A model generated the notes under the pieces. The model made no database searches. It worked only from the letters and a program-made list of their open reading frames with translations, and was not told the origin of the DNA. DNA of 32,000 nucleotides, from positions 1,410,001-1,442,000 of the forward strand of contig NC_002937.3 in the NCBI RefSeq assembly GCF_000195755.1, written 5' to 3'. This DNA comes from Nitratidesulfovibrio vulgaris str. Hildenborough (GTDB lineage Bacteria > Desulfobacterota > Desulfovibrionia > Desulfovibrionales > Desulfovibrionaceae). Each line of letters begins with the position of its first letter. Position 1 is the stretch's first letter. The position numbers and the translations under genes are program-made. Of this stretch, positions 1-9,082 are shown in pieces.

Positions 1-1086
1 GTGCATATCAATGAAATTGTCACGTCTCTCGCAGTGTCTCCGCTTTCGCGCATCGATTTCGATGGCGGCGAGCTTGAGCGTGGCAAGGAGTTCTCGTACA
101 CCATCTCCTTTGAAGTGATGCCGCAGTTCGATCTGCCCGACTACGAAGGCTTCGCTGTCGAACAGGAGAAGGCCGTCGTCGACGAGAAGGAAGTGGACGA
201 GGTCATCGCCCGCATCCGTCGCAACATGGCTGAACTCGTGCCCGTCGCCGAAACCCGTCCGGGTGCAGACGGTGACGTGGTCGTGCTCGACTTCGCCGCT
301 TTCGAGAACGGTGAGCCCATCGAAGGCGTCAGCGCCGAGAACTTCCAGCTTTCCCTCGGCGAGAAGCAGTCTCTCGAAGACTTCGAGAATCTGGTGAAGA
401 CCATTCCCGCCGGTCAGGAGGCTGAAGGCCCCATCACCTTCCCCGATGACTTCCTGAACCCCGATTTCGCAGGCAAGACCGTGACCATGAAGGTCAAGGT
501 CCATGCCGTGAAGGAACGCCGCCTGCCTGAAATCGACGACGCGCTGGCCCAGAAGGCCGGTGGCTTCGAGAGCATGGAGAAGATGCGCGAAACCGTCGTC
601 ACCTCCTACATGCAGAGCCGCGAGCAGCTGCACAAGGCCACCGCGCAGAAGTCCATGCTGGACAAGCTGCTCAAGATGGTCGATTTCGCGCTGCCCGAAT
701 CCATGGTCGACATGTATGTCGGCAACCTCATCGAAGACATGCGCGTCAAGATGGAGCGACAGGGCCGGGGGCTCGAGTCGCTCGGCAAGACTCCCGAACA
801 GTTGCGTGAGCAGGTACTGCCCGAAGCGCAGCAGATCGCCCGCAGCCAGATCTTCCTGCTGGCCGCAGGCCGCAAGGAAGCTGTCGAAGTCTCCGAGCAG
901 GAAGTGGATGGACAGCTGCAGCAGCTGGCCATGCGTTCCGGTCAGGATTTCGATACCCTGAAGGACTACTACGTCCGCAACGGCCTCATCTTCAATCTGC
1001 GTGACCGCCTGATCGCCGACAAGGCGATGGACGCCATCTACGCCAAGGCCAATGTCACGATGGTAGACCCTGCGCCCGCAGCCTAG
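1..1086 (+). CDS. tig: Trigger factor, 5'-truncated at the window edge (N-terminal ribosome-binding domain missing)
   Basis: Frame 1 is open from base 1 to TAG at 1084-1086. The acidic, Lys/Glu-rich sequence has trigger-factor PPIase and C-terminal arm character (FEVMPQFDLPDYEGF, VKVHAVKERRLPEIDDALA). It lies directly upstream of clpP-clpX-lon, the classic tig-clpPX-lon arrangement. Confidence 0.9.
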   Translation: MHINEIVTSLAVSPLSRIDFDGGELERGKEFSYTISFEVMPQFDLPDYEGFAVEQEKAVVDEKEVDEVIARIRRNMAELVPVAETRPGADGDVVVLDFAAFENGEPIEGVSAENFQLSLGEKQSLEDFENLVKTIPAGQEAEGPITFPDDFLNPDFAGKTVTMKVKVHAVKERRLPEIDDALAQKAGGFESMEKMRETVVTSYMQSREQLHKATAQKSMLDKLLKMVDFALPESMVDMYVGNLIEDMRVKMERQGRGLESLGKTPEQLREQVLPEAQQIARSQIFLLAAGRKEAVEVSEQEVDGQLQQLAMRSGQDFDTLKDYYVRNGLIFNLRDRLIADKAMDAIYAKANVTMVDPAPAA

Positions 1087-1117
1087 GGCTGCGCCTCGGC
1101 GAACGTCGAAGCGTAAC

Positions 1118-1144
1118 GGGGAGCGCCCAGGCGCTCCCCTTTTT
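1118..1144 (+). terminator. Rho-independent terminator after tig
   Basis: Perfect 9-bp GC-rich stem GGGGAGCGC (1118-1126) / GCGCTCCCC (1131-1139), 4-nt loop CCAG, followed by TTTTT (1140-1144). It starts 32 nt after the tig stop. Confidence 0.8.
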
Positions 1145-1272
1145 CGTCCTGTGTGCGACTGTCGCCCTTGTGGTGGCTACGCCTCTTCTGTTATCAATCA
1201 GGGTGTGCTCGACATCAGGCGCTCCAGAAAACGCCCTGAGACGCACAGCATATCGCCATCGAGGAGTCTCAC

Positions 1273-1878
1273 ATGCCAGTGCCGATAGTCATCGAATCGA
1301 CCGGACGCGCAGAGCGCGCCTATGATATCTATTCCCGTCTGCTCAAGGACCGTATCGTCCTGCTGGGAACCCCCATCGACGATCAGGTCGCCTCGCTCAT
1401 ATGCGCACAGCTGCTCTTTCTCGAATCGGAGAATCCGGAGAAAGAGATACACATGTACATCAATTCCCCTGGTGGCTCCGTGACGGCGGGCATGGCGATC
1501 TATGACACCATGCAGTACATCAATTCGCCCGTATCCACGCTGTGCATGGGGCAGGCGGCCAGCATGGGAGCGTTGCTTCTGGCTGCAGGCGCGCCGGGGC
1601 TGCGTTTCTCCCTGCCGCATAGCCGTATCATGATCCACCAGCCCTCCGGGGGCTTTCAGGGACAGGCCACGGACATCGACATTCAGGCGCGCGAAGTACT
1701 GCGACTCAAGCAGAGCCTGAACGCCATCATGAGCCAGCACACCGGCAAGCCGCTGGAACAGGTTGCGCTTGATACCGAGCGTGATTACTTCATGGGGCCT
1801 GAAGAGGCCCAGGCCTATGGCCTGATCGACCGTGTGCTCACCTCGCGTAGCGAGGCCACAGATACCATTTCCAAGTAG
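1273..1878 (+). CDS. clpP: ATP-dependent Clp protease proteolytic subunit
   Basis: 201 aa with typical ClpP sequence ([51 protein letters not shown]). GAGGAG RBS at 1261-1266, 6 nt before the ATG. Confidence 0.97.
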   Translation: MPVPIVIESTGRAERAYDIYSRLLKDRIVLLGTPIDDQVASLICAQLLFLESENPEKEIHMYINSPGGSVTAGMAIYDTMQYINSPVSTLCMGQAASMGALLLAAGAPGLRFSLPHSRIMIHQPSGGFQGQATDIDIQAREVLRLKQSLNAIMSQHTGKPLEQVALDTERDYFMGPEEAQAYGLIDRVLTSRSEATDTISK

Positions 1879-1888
1879 GGTACCATCA

Positions 1889-3142
1889 ATGTCCAGCAAT
1901 ACCGGCGGTTCCGACCGCGAATTGCGCTGCTCGTTCTGCGCCAAGGGGCAGGATGAGGTGAAGAGGCTCATCGCCGGGCCGGGCGTATACATCTGCGACG
2001 AGTGCGTCGCTCTTTGCAACGAGATCGTGGCGCATGAGGATGCAGGCGAGCGGGAGGAGATGGACAGGCTTCTCACGCCTGCCGAGATCAAGGCGCGGCT
2101 CGACGAGTATGTCATCGGCCAGCATCAGGCCAAGAAGATCCTTTCCGTAGCCGTGCACAACCACTACAAGCGCGTCTTCTATGCCGAGGCTCTCGGGGGC
2201 GAGGTCGAGCTCGAGAAGAGCAACATCCTGCTCATCGGCCCCTCCGGCAGCGGTAAGACGCTGCTCGCCAAGACGCTTGCACGCGTGCTGAAGGTCCCCT
2301 TCGCCATCGCTGACGCCACCACGCTGACAGAAGCGGGCTACGTCGGCGAGGATGTGGAGAACATTCTCGTGCAGCTTCTGCAGAATGCCGATTACGACAT
2401 CGAAGCTGCAGCCAAGGGCATCATCTACATCGATGAAATCGACAAGATTTCACGCAAGGGCGATGGCCCCTCCATCACCCGCGACGTGTCCGGCGAAGGT
2501 GTGCAGCAGGCCCTGCTGAAGATCATCGAAGGCACGGAAGCCAACATCCCGCCCAAGGGTGGGCGCAAGCATCCGCAGCAGGAATTCATCAGGATGGACA
2601 CCTCCAACATCCTGTTCATCCTCGGTGGAGCCTTCATCGGCCTCGACAAGATCGTAGACCAGCGTTCGGGCGGCGGTTCCATGGGCTTCGGCGCCAAGGT
2701 GTCCAACCGCAAGGATCGTCCGCTTGGCGAGTTGCTCGATCAGGTGCACCCGAACGACCTTGTGAAGTTCGGTCTCATCCCCGAGTTCATCGGCCGTATC
2801 CCTGTCGTCACCCATGTCGACGAACTGGGCGAGGAAGACCTCATCCGCATCCTCACCGAACCGAAGAATGCGCTGGTGCGGCAGTACCAGAAGCTGTTCG
2901 AACTCGACAAGGTGACGCTGCGCTTCACCGCCAACGCGCTCAAGAGCATCGCTTCGCAGGCCATCGAACGCAAGACCGGCGCACGCGGTCTGCGTAACGT
3001 GATGGAAAACGTCATGCTCGACATCATGTACAGCCTGCCCACCCTCGAAGGTGTGAAGGAATGCATCATCAACCGGGCCGTGGTCGAGAAGGGCCGCGAA
3101 CCGGTTCTCATCTACGATACCGAGGCCAAGACAGGCTCATAA
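1889..3142 (+). CDS. clpX: ATP-dependent Clp protease ATP-binding subunit ClpX
   Basis: N-terminal zinc-binding motif CSFCAKGQ...YICDEC, Walker A GPSGSGKT, Walker [10 protein letters not shown], and the ClpX signature region. I chose the ATG at 1889 (MSSNTGG) rather than the track's 1832, which would overlap the clpP 3' end with a Pro/Arg-rich extension. Confidence 0.96.
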   Translation: MSSNTGGSDRELRCSFCAKGQDEVKRLIAGPGVYICDECVALCNEIVAHEDAGEREEMDRLLTPAEIKARLDEYVIGQHQAKKILSVAVHNHYKRVFYAEALGGEVELEKSNILLIGPSGSGKTLLAKTLARVLKVPFAIADATTLTEAGYVGEDVENILVQLLQNADYDIEAAAKGIIYIDEIDKISRKGDGPSITRDVSGEGVQQALLKIIEGTEANIPPKGGRKHPQQEFIRMDTSNILFILGGAFIGLDKIVDQRSGGGSMGFGAKVSNRKDRPLGELLDQVHPNDLVKFGLIPEFIGRIPVVTHVDELGEEDLIRILTEPKNALVRQYQKLFELDKVTLRFTANALKSIASQAIERKTGARGLRNVMENVMLDIMYSLPTLEGVKECIINRAVVEKGREPVLIYDTEAKTGS

Positions 3143-3179
3143 AAAGGCCGGTCACACATCGGAGCGTTGACTTTACCGG

Positions 3180-3216
3180 ACGGGGCGTTACTTCTGCCAG
3201 ACGCCCCGTTCCTTTT
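3180..3216 (+). terminator. Probable intrinsic terminator or attenuator between clpX and lon
   Basis: 9-bp stem ACGGGGCGT (3180-3188) / ACGCCCCGT (3201-3209), 12-nt loop, followed by TCCTTTTG. Located 38 nt after the clpX stop. Confidence 0.6.
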
Positions 3217-3257
3217 GAACGGCGTAACGCGCCGCGGCCGCGGAGACGAGGAGGAAA

Positions 3258-5726
3258 ATGATGACTGATACAGGAAGGGAAGGCTTGCAAAACCGTGAAG
3301 AGGGCTTTGAACTGCCCCTGATGTCCCTGCGGGAGGTCGTCATGTTCCCGCGGTCCATCGTGCCCCTCTTCGTGGGACGCGAGGCTTCCATCAAGGCCAT
3401 CGAAAGCGCCATCTCCGATTATGGAAAGAAGATATTTCTCGTCGCCCAGCGCGAACCCGAGTTGGAGAAGCCCGGCCCCGAGGATCTTTTCGAGGTCGGT
3501 ACGGTAAGCAAGATATTGCAACTGTTGCGTCTCCCCGACGGCACGATCAAGGTGCTGTTCGAGGGGCTTTATCGCGCCCGGTGGGACGGAACGGCCGATG
3601 CCATCATCGGTGCCGACGACGCCTACCCGCGTGTGCGTGTGACCCGCATCGAGCAGGAAAGCTCCGAGGATGACGACGAGGCGCTGGTGAGGGCGACCCA
3701 CGAAGCCCTCGACGAGTACGGCAAGATCAACAAGAAGCTCGCGCAGGAGACCCTTGTCGCCATCTCCGCCTTGTCCGACGCGGCCCGCCTTGCAGATGCC
3801 ATCATGCCCCACCTCAAGGTCGACTATCGCCGGAAGCAGGAACTTCTCGAGGTCGAGAGCGGGGCTGAACGCCTTGAGAAGGTCTATGAGCTGTTGCAGG
3901 GCGAGATCGCCGTCGCCTCTCTGGAGAAGCGCATCAAGAGCCGCGTGAAGAACCAGATGGAGCGCAACCAGCGCGAGTACTATCTCAACGAGCAGATCAA
4001 GGCCATCCACAAGGAGATGGGGCGTGAAGACGACCCGCAGGCCGAGGTAAACGAACTCGAAGCTCGGCTTGCAGAGAAGAGCATGCCCGAAGAGGCGCGC
4101 GAGAAGGCCCTGCGCGAGATGAAGAAGCTGCGGCAGATGCCGCCCTCATCCGCCGAGTACACGGTCGTCCGCAACTACGTCGACTGGATTCTCGACCTTC
4201 CCTGGAACACGCTCAAGGAAACCGAGATAGACATCGACAACGCCCGCTCCATTCTCGATGCCGACCATTACGGGCTGGAGAAGCCCAAGGAGCGCATCCT
4301 CGAATACCTCGCGGTGCAGAAGCTCGTGAACAGGCTCAAGGGGCCCATCCTCTGTCTGGTCGGACCTCCCGGTGTCGGCAAGACCTCGCTCGCCAAGTCT
4401 GTGGCCAAGGCGACCGGGCGTGAGTTCGTGCGTCTCTCGCTCGGTGGCGTCCGGGACGAGGCGGAGATTCGTGGTCACCGCAGAACCTATGTCGGGGCAC
4501 TGCCCGGCAAGATCATCCAGTCGCTGAAGCGGGTTAAGCACAACAACCCGCTGTTCTGCCTCGACGAAATCGACAAGATGAGCACCGACTTCCGGGGCGA
4601 CCCGTCGTCGGCCCTGCTGGAAGTGCTCGACCCGGAACAGAACTCCACGTTCAACGACCACTACCTCGACATGGATTACGACCTGTCGCAGGTGTTCTTC
4701 ATCACCACGGCCAACAGCCTGCACTCCATCCCCCTGCCGTTGCAGGACCGTATGGAGATCATCAGGCTGCCCGGCTACCTCGAGACGGAAAAGAGGCGCA
4801 TCGCGCACGACTTCCTGCTGCCCAAGCAGGTGGAGGCGCACGGCCTTGCCGCTTCGAACCTGCGTATCTCGGACAATGCCGTTCTGGAGATCATCCGCAG
4901 CTATACCCGGGAGGCGGGCGTTCGTAACCTTGAGCGCGAGATCGCGTCTGTCTGCCGTAAGGCTGCCATGCAGGTCGTCGAGGCGGGCGACAAGGAGAAG
5001 ACGCTCACCGTGAGTCGTCAGAACCTCGGCAATTTCCTCGGGGTCAAGAAGTACCGCCATGGAGAACGTGAAGACACGTCGCAGGTCGGCGTGTGCACGG
5101 GCCTTGCGTGGACCGAGATGGGTGGTGAACTGCTCGTCGTCGAGACGGCGCTCATGCCCGGTAGCGGCAGGGTCGAGATCACAGGCAAGCTTGGCGACGT
5201 CATGACCGAATCCGCCAAGGCTGCCCTGTCGTACCTGCGTTCGCGTTCAGACCTGTTCGGCCTGCGTCCCGATTTCCACAAGGAGATCGACATTCACGTG
5301 CACGTTCCGGAGGGAGCCACCCCCAAGGACGGTCCTTCTGCGGGCATCACGCTCGCCACCTCCATGGTCTCTGCGCTGCTGGGTATCCCGGTGCGCAACG
5401 ATGTGGCCATGACGGGTGAGATCACGCTGCGCGGACGTGTGCTGCCCATCGGCGGTCTGCGCGAGAAGCTGCTTGCCGCCCACCGTGGGCAGATAGGCAA
5501 GGTGCTCGTGCCGCGCGAGAACGAGAAGGATCTCAAGGAAGTGCCCGGCGAGATTCTCAAGGGACTCGAGATCGTCTTCGTGGACCATGTTGACGAAGTG
5601 CTGCCGCAGGCCCTCATGGCGCAAGCCGAGTCCATCTTCGGTGGACGCACCCAGTCGACACCGCTTTACGCCAAGCTGCGCAAGGACGCGCAGGATGGCG
5701 GGGCTACCATGCCGACGGCGCAGTAA
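3258..5726 (+). CDS. lon: ATP-dependent Lon protease (LonA)
   Basis: 822 aa with a Lon N-terminal substrate domain, Walker [10 protein letters not shown], Walker B FCLDEIDK, and the protease Ser motif [21 protein letters not shown] at 3248-3255. The start could be the ATG at 3258 or at 3261. Confidence 0.97.
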   Translation: MMTDTGREGLQNREEGFELPLMSLREVVMFPRSIVPLFVGREASIKAIESAISDYGKKIFLVAQREPELEKPGPEDLFEVGTVSKILQLLRLPDGTIKVLFEGLYRARWDGTADAIIGADDAYPRVRVTRIEQESSEDDDEALVRATHEALDEYGKINKKLAQETLVAISALSDAARLADAIMPHLKVDYRRKQELLEVESGAERLEKVYELLQGEIAVASLEKRIKSRVKNQMERNQREYYLNEQIKAIHKEMGREDDPQAEVNELEARLAEKSMPEEAREKALREMKKLRQMPPSSAEYTVVRNYVDWILDLPWNTLKETEIDIDNARSILDADHYGLEKPKERILEYLAVQKLVNRLKGPILCLVGPPGVGKTSLAKSVAKATGREFVRLSLGGVRDEAEIRGHRRTYVGALPGKIIQSLKRVKHNNPLFCLDEIDKMSTDFRGDPSSALLEVLDPEQNSTFNDHYLDMDYDLSQVFFITTANSLHSIPLPLQDRMEIIRLPGYLETEKRRIAHDFLLPKQVEAHGLAASNLRISDNAVLEIIRSYTREAGVRNLEREIASVCRKAAMQVVEAGDKEKTLTVSRQNLGNFLGVKKYRHGEREDTSQVGVCTGLAWTEMGGELLVVETALMPGSGRVEITGKLGDVMTESAKAALSYLRSRSDLFGLRPDFHKEIDIHVHVPEGATPKDGPSAGITLATSMVSALLGIPVRNDVAMTGEITLRGRVLPIGGLREKLLAAHRGQIGKVLVPRENEKDLKEVPGEILKGLEIVFVDHVDEVLPQALMAQAESIFGGRTQSTPLYAKLRKDAQDGGATMPTAQ

Positions 5727-5746
5727 TCCGCATCCCTGATTGTCAA

Positions 5747-5781
5747 AGAGGCCCGATAGCACCATGTGCTGTCGGGCCTCT
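5747..5781. terminator. Hairpin shared by convergent lon and the envelope-module operon (bidirectional terminator candidate)
   Basis: 15-bp stem AGAGGCCCGATAGCA / TGCTGTCGGGCCTCT with one G-T wobble and a 5-nt loop CCATG. It starts 21 nt after the lon stop. T-tracts are weak on both strands (TTCATG on plus, TTTGAC on minus). Confidence 0.55.
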
Positions 5782-5888
5782 TCATGTATGCATCATAAGT
5801 CTGAACGGTTGACCGTTTGGAGGGGCTGTCGATTCCGGTTCGCGTGGTGGCGTGTACTGGAAGCCTCCGGAACACCGTAGCCGAGGCC

Positions 5889-6473
5889 CTAGGGCAGGCG
5901 CGTTCCCACACTGGGGGTGACCTTGCGGGGGCCCTTCAGGTCTGCCAGCAGAGGTTGCAGTTCTTCGGTGACAGGCACCGTGGCGGTGCCCATCGAGAGG
6001 ATTTCGTTGGAGTCGGTCCGTATGAGGCGCATGTTGAAGCGGACGCTACGGCTGGTCACGGTGTAGGTGCCGACGAGCACCGCGACGCTGTTCACCGTGG
6101 TCGATGCCAGCTGGTCGACCTTGCGCGTCAGCAGCATCTCGCCGTCGGGCCTGAACACGACCTCCCGCCCTTTGCGTATCTCCTGAACGCGATACCCGGT
6201 GTTCACAAGGGCACTGGCTATCTCTTCGGCCATCTGGCGTGCCAGAGGGCTGGAGGCCTCGAAGTCGGTGAGGTTCACCGGAACGGTGACGGCGATGCTC
6301 ACATCGCCACGGGTGCCTTCCACCCCGGCAAGGCGTGTGAGCATCTGCGGGTCCATCTGGGCAATGATGCTCTCTGCCGCTTCGGGTACGCTGCCTCGAC
6401 CCGCTGCGGCGGCAAGGGGCAGCAGAAGTGCCGTGAGAAGGATGACAAGGGCGAGAGTCCAGCGCGTGTTCAT
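5889..6473 (-). CDS. Secreted (Sec signal, Cys-free) protein with a FlgO/TolB-N-like periplasmic domain; third gene of the envelope triad
   Basis: Signal peptide MNTRWTLALVILLTALLLPLAAAA. GGAGA RBS 4 nt upstream. The start is 8 nt after the stop of the upstream gene. Core sequence VTVPVNLTDFEASSPLARQMAEEIASALVNTGYRVQE...GEMLLTR...VLVGTYTV...VRFNMRLIRTDSN is paralogous to the C-terminal half of the 6774-7604 protein. The family assignment is from memory of FlgO-type sequences, not from a search. Confidence 0.6.
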   Translation of the reverse strand: MNTRWTLALVILLTALLLPLAAAAGRGSVPEAAESIIAQMDPQMLTRLAGVEGTRGDVSIAVTVPVNLTDFEASSPLARQMAEEIASALVNTGYRVQEIRKGREVVFRPDGEMLLTRKVDQLASTTVNSVAVLVGTYTVTSRSVRFNMRLIRTDSNEILSMGTATVPVTEELQPLLADLKGPRKVTPSVGTRLP

Positions 6474-6481
6474 GGTGTCTC

Positions 6482-6769
6482 CTAGCGCAGGCTGCGCAAT
6501 TGCCGGTCTACGACGGCAAGTTCGCGGGCGAGTGCGTCGTGCACGTCAGCCGTACGGGCGGCTGCGATGGCAAGCAGATAGTGTTCGCGAGCGAGTTCGT
6601 AACGGCCCTGTGCCTGATAGTCGCGACCCAGGTGCCAGTTCTGGATGGCTTCGTCGCTGTCGGGCACGGTGGCGACCCTGCCGCCGCAGCCGTTCATGAG
6701 AATGGCGACGGCGAGGAGGAAGCCTGGAAGCAGGGCGCGTAGCCCCTTCATGGTGATGCAGTCGTTCAT
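6482..6769 (-). CDS. Small lipoprotein with a single TPR-like helix pair; second gene of the envelope triad
   Basis: Tail of track ORF 6482..7396. Signal peptide plus lipobox MKGLRALLPGFLLAVAILMNG|C. The mature part contains WHLGRDYQAQGRYELAREHYLLAI. The start is the ATG at 6769 (4 nt after the upstream stop) or the ATG at 6751. The rest of the 304-aa track ORF is Ser/Arg/Pro-rich and overlaps the real upstream gene out of frame. Confidence 0.65.
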   Translation of the reverse strand: MNDCITMKGLRALLPGFLLAVAILMNGCGGRVATVPDSDEAIQNWHLGRDYQAQGRYELAREHYLLAIAAARTADVHDALARELAVVDRQLRSLR

Positions 6770-6773
6770 GGCG

Positions 6774-7604
6774 TCACTTCTTCGCGTTGCGGGGGGAGAC
6801 CTTGCGTCCCCCGGAGGTGGACACCGCAGCCGGTGTCTCGCTGCGTATGCCGAGAGTACCGCCCGTGATGCCACGCGACGTCGCCGTCCGGGGCAGCATC
6901 CGCGCCACGAGTTCGTTGGCAGGCAGCACCAGTTGCGCCGTTCGCAGCACAAGCCCGTCCGAGGCGCGGATGAGCCTGGCGTTGAGAAACACTGCGTACT
7001 TGTCGCGGTAGTAGGTGCCAGTGACAAAGACGGCCCAGGCTTCGCGTCCGGGCAGGGTTCCGAGTTGTCGCGAGAGGACGAATTCACCTTCGCCTTCGCG
7101 GGTGCGCAACGTCCCCGGCATCCTGTATTCCCTGACAGGGAAGCCCCGCTGGTTGAATTCGTAGAAGAGCGATTCTGAGAGGAACCTGCCGAAGGGCGAC
7201 GACCTGTCGAAGTCCTCCTGGTCGACGAACGAGGCGGGCAGGGCCACGAAGCCCATGAGCCCGTCGTTGGGCATGGTGGACAGCAACTGGTCGCAGAGTT
7301 CGCGGACCTTGAGCTTGAGTTCACGCGCCTCCATGAAGGCGGAATCCTGTCCCGGTCGCGGCTTTCCTTGCGACCAGACCACACCGCCCTGACCATCGGG
7401 CAACATGAAGCCGGTGTCGTGCCGTTTCACCTCTGCGAGGGGGGCCTCACGGCCGAAGACCGACGCCTCGCCCTTGTCGGACACCACAAGCGGCGCTCCG
7501 GGGTCGACACCGGGCGGTGGGCCGGGGTTGCGTTCGGCACAGCCGACAAGAAGCGAAACACCCACGAGCAGGGCGAGGGCGATATGATGGCGGATGCGGA
7601 GCAT
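6774..7604 (-). CDS. Lipoprotein with a C-terminal FlgO/TolB-N-like domain; first gene of the envelope triad
   Basis: The ATG at 7604 is preceded by GGAGGA. Signal peptide plus lipobox MLRIRHHIALALLVGVSLLVG|C. The C-terminal half (ALPASFVDQEDFDRSSPFGRFLSESLFYEFNQRGFPVRE...GEFVLSR...VFVTGTYY...VFLNARLIRASDG) is paralogous to the 5889-6473 protein. Confidence 0.7.
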   Translation of the reverse strand: MLRIRHHIALALLVGVSLLVGCAERNPGPPPGVDPGAPLVVSDKGEASVFGREAPLAEVKRHDTGFMLPDGQGGVVWSQGKPRPGQDSAFMEARELKLKVRELCDQLLSTMPNDGLMGFVALPASFVDQEDFDRSSPFGRFLSESLFYEFNQRGFPVREYRMPGTLRTREGEGEFVLSRQLGTLPGREAWAVFVTGTYYRDKYAVFLNARLIRASDGLVLRTAQLVLPANELVARMLPRTATSRGITGGTLGIRSETPAAVSTSGGRKVSPRNAKK

Positions 7605-7644
7605 GTGTCCTCCGTGGGCACTGGGCAATCTGTTGCTGACAGTC

Positions 7645-7671
7645 CTATCGGCAGGATTTCGCGATGCTTGA
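7645..7671 (-). promoter_or_regulatory. Sigma-28 (FliA)-type promoter candidate for the envelope triad
   Basis: The minus strand reads TCAAGCAT-N11-GCCGATAG against the consensus TAAAGTTT-N11-GCCGATAA, with exact spacing, 4/5 matches in the TAAAG core and 7/8 in the -10. It is intergenic, with the -10 element 41 nt upstream of the ATG at 7604. Similar -10 octamers occur by chance inside clpP and the HD gene, so this is moderate evidence only. Confidence 0.45.
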
Positions 7672-7765
7672 GGGGCTCGGGGCGAGATATGCCCGATGAC
7701 ACGCCGTTGCCCCGTTTTGGCATGTCATGCCTGTCAGGCGGGAGAGGCGGGTATACCGGTGTGGG

Positions 7766-8260
7766 TCAGGGGCGTGGTGCTCCGTGCGTGTCTGGACGGC
7801 GCGCCGGGGTGGTGGAACCGGATTGGCTGTCCGAACCGGAAGAGGGAGCGTCGCCACAGTGGTTGCATATGCCGTCGAAGCGGACTTCGACCCTCTCTGC
7901 GGTCATACCTTCGGCAAGTCCCTCGGGGCGGGGCGGGATTGTGGACGTGGCAGGCAGACACGACATGCGGCGGCAGCGTGTACAGTAGAAGTGGGCGTGG
8001 AAGGGGCGCGTCTCCTCATGCACGAGGCAGTAGCGCAACAGACCGTCGCCGCCCGGATGGCGGCCGACGATGCCCGCTTCGACCAGCAGGTCGAGTGTGC
8101 GGTAGAGCGTCACCTTGTCGAGGTGCACCGTCTTACGCACCTCCTCGAGGAGTTCAGGGGCCGTGGGGGCGTGGGGGAAAGCCGCCAGTCCCTCGAGGAC
8201 GGCAAGGCGGCGTGGCGTGGCTTCCACGCCATGGGCATCGAGTTGTTCACGGGCGTTCAT
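7766..8260 (-). CDS. zur: Fur-family metalloregulator, probable zinc uptake regulator
   Basis: 164 aa with a winged-helix N-terminus (RRLAVLEGLA...LYRTLDLLVEAGIV), a His-rich sensing region (HEETRPFHAHFYC) and two CxxC pairs (CTRC, CNHC). Its ATG at 8260 overlaps the znuB stop as ATGA. It is the last gene of the znu operon. The track ORF extended to 8800 is an out-of-frame overlap with znuB. Confidence 0.85.
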   Translation of the reverse strand: MNAREQLDAHGVEATPRRLAVLEGLAAFPHAPTAPELLEEVRKTVHLDKVTLYRTLDLLVEAGIVGRHPGGDGLLRYCLVHEETRPFHAHFYCTRCRRMSCLPATSTIPPRPEGLAEGMTAERVEVRFDGICNHCGDAPSSGSDSQSGSTTPARRPDTHGAPRP

Positions 8261-9081
8261 GGCGTCTCCTTTCCGAAGCGTTCGAGGAGCATGTCCCGGC
8301 CCATCATCAGCGAAAAACCGACCACAGCCGCGGCGATGATGGCTGCACCGGAGGTGAGGTCGAAGCGGTAGGCGAGCCATAGCCCGGACAGGCAGAAGAC
8401 AAGGCTCCACAGCGTTGCGGCAAGCATCATGCGTGGCAGCGACCGGGCACGGCGTTGCGCGATGAACGGGGGGATGGTCAGCAGGGCCATGACAAGCACC
8501 AGCCCGACGATGCGGATGAGCAGCACCACGCCAAGGGCCGTCATACCCACCACGAGGAGGAAGGTCGCCTTCACCGGTAGACCCCGTGCCTCTGCGAACT
8601 CGGGGTCGAACGAGGCGACCAGGAGCGTCTGGTGGCACAGACCGACGATGAGCAGAAGGCCGACGTCGACCACGAGCATGAGCAGAAGGTCGCCCTCCGG
8701 GACGGCGAGAATGCTGCCGAAGAGGAAGCTCATGAGGTCGGCCCTGTATCCCGGAGTGAGGTCGAGGAGGATGATGCCGAAGGCCATGCCCGCTGCCCAC
8801 AACAGACCGATGGCGGCATCGGCCTTTTCAGCATGGCGGTAGGCGATGTGGGCCATGCCCAGTGATGCGGCGAGTGAGAAGCCCACCGTGCAGGGCAGCA
8901 TGGGCAGCCCCCAGTGGACGGCGATGCCTATGCCGCCATAGGCGGCGTGGGCTACACCACCCGCGAGGAACACGATGCGGTTGACCACGACAAGCGTGCC
9001 GATGATGCCGCAGGCTATACTGGCGAGAACGGCTGCGGCGCAGGCGTTGCGGACGAAATCGTAGGCGAGGGCGTCGAACAT
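8257..9081 (-). CDS. znuB: Zinc/manganese ABC transporter permease (ABC-3 family)
   Basis: 274 aa, polytopic membrane protein with ABC-3 hallmarks (LFGSILAV, SFDPEFAEARG). The start is 1 nt after the znuC stop. Confidence 0.9.
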   Translation of the reverse strand: MFDALAYDFVRNACAAAVLASIACGIIGTLVVVNRIVFLAGGVAHAAYGGIGIAVHWGLPMLPCTVGFSLAASLGMAHIAYRHAEKADAAIGLLWAAGMAFGIILLDLTPGYRADLMSFLFGSILAVPEGDLLLMLVVDVGLLLIVGLCHQTLLVASFDPEFAEARGLPVKATFLLVVGMTALGVVLLIRIVGLVLVMALLTIPPFIAQRRARSLPRMMLAATLWSLVFCLSGLWLAYRFDLTSGAAIIAAAVVGFSLMMGRDMLLERFGKETP

Positions 9082-9082
9082 G

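Noticed and set aside
1832-1888. N-terminal extensions in the ORF track: clpX from 1832, dnaE to 24595, znuC to 10168, zur to 8800, small lipoprotein to 7396, HAD to 27750, DUF3179-like to 29123, ispG from 11161, ispA from 16508, M23 from 15395, galE from 28825.
   Set aside because: In each case an internal ATG or GTG has a proper Shine-Dalgarno sequence and/or overlaps the upstream stop codon, and it matches the conserved family N-terminus. The extra residues are Arg/Pro/His-rich and usually overlap the neighbouring real gene.
3232-3243. A 12-bp perfect palindrome CCGCGGCCGCGG (overlapping SacII-NotI-SacII sites) just upstream of the lon RBS, which could look like a cloning scar or operator.
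   Set aside because: Pure GC palindromes of this length are not rare in a genome of this composition. There is no flanking vector-like sequence or partner half-sites, and no known heat-shock operator (CIRCE, or a sigma-32 -35/-10) matches it.
7717-7729. The palindrome GGCATG-T-CATGCC downstream of zur, considered as the zur terminator.
   Set aside because: It has at most a 5-bp stem with a 3-nt loop, and no T-tract follows it on the minus (transcribed) strand. It is not a credible intrinsic terminator, so zur transcription may end by other means or read into the next operon.
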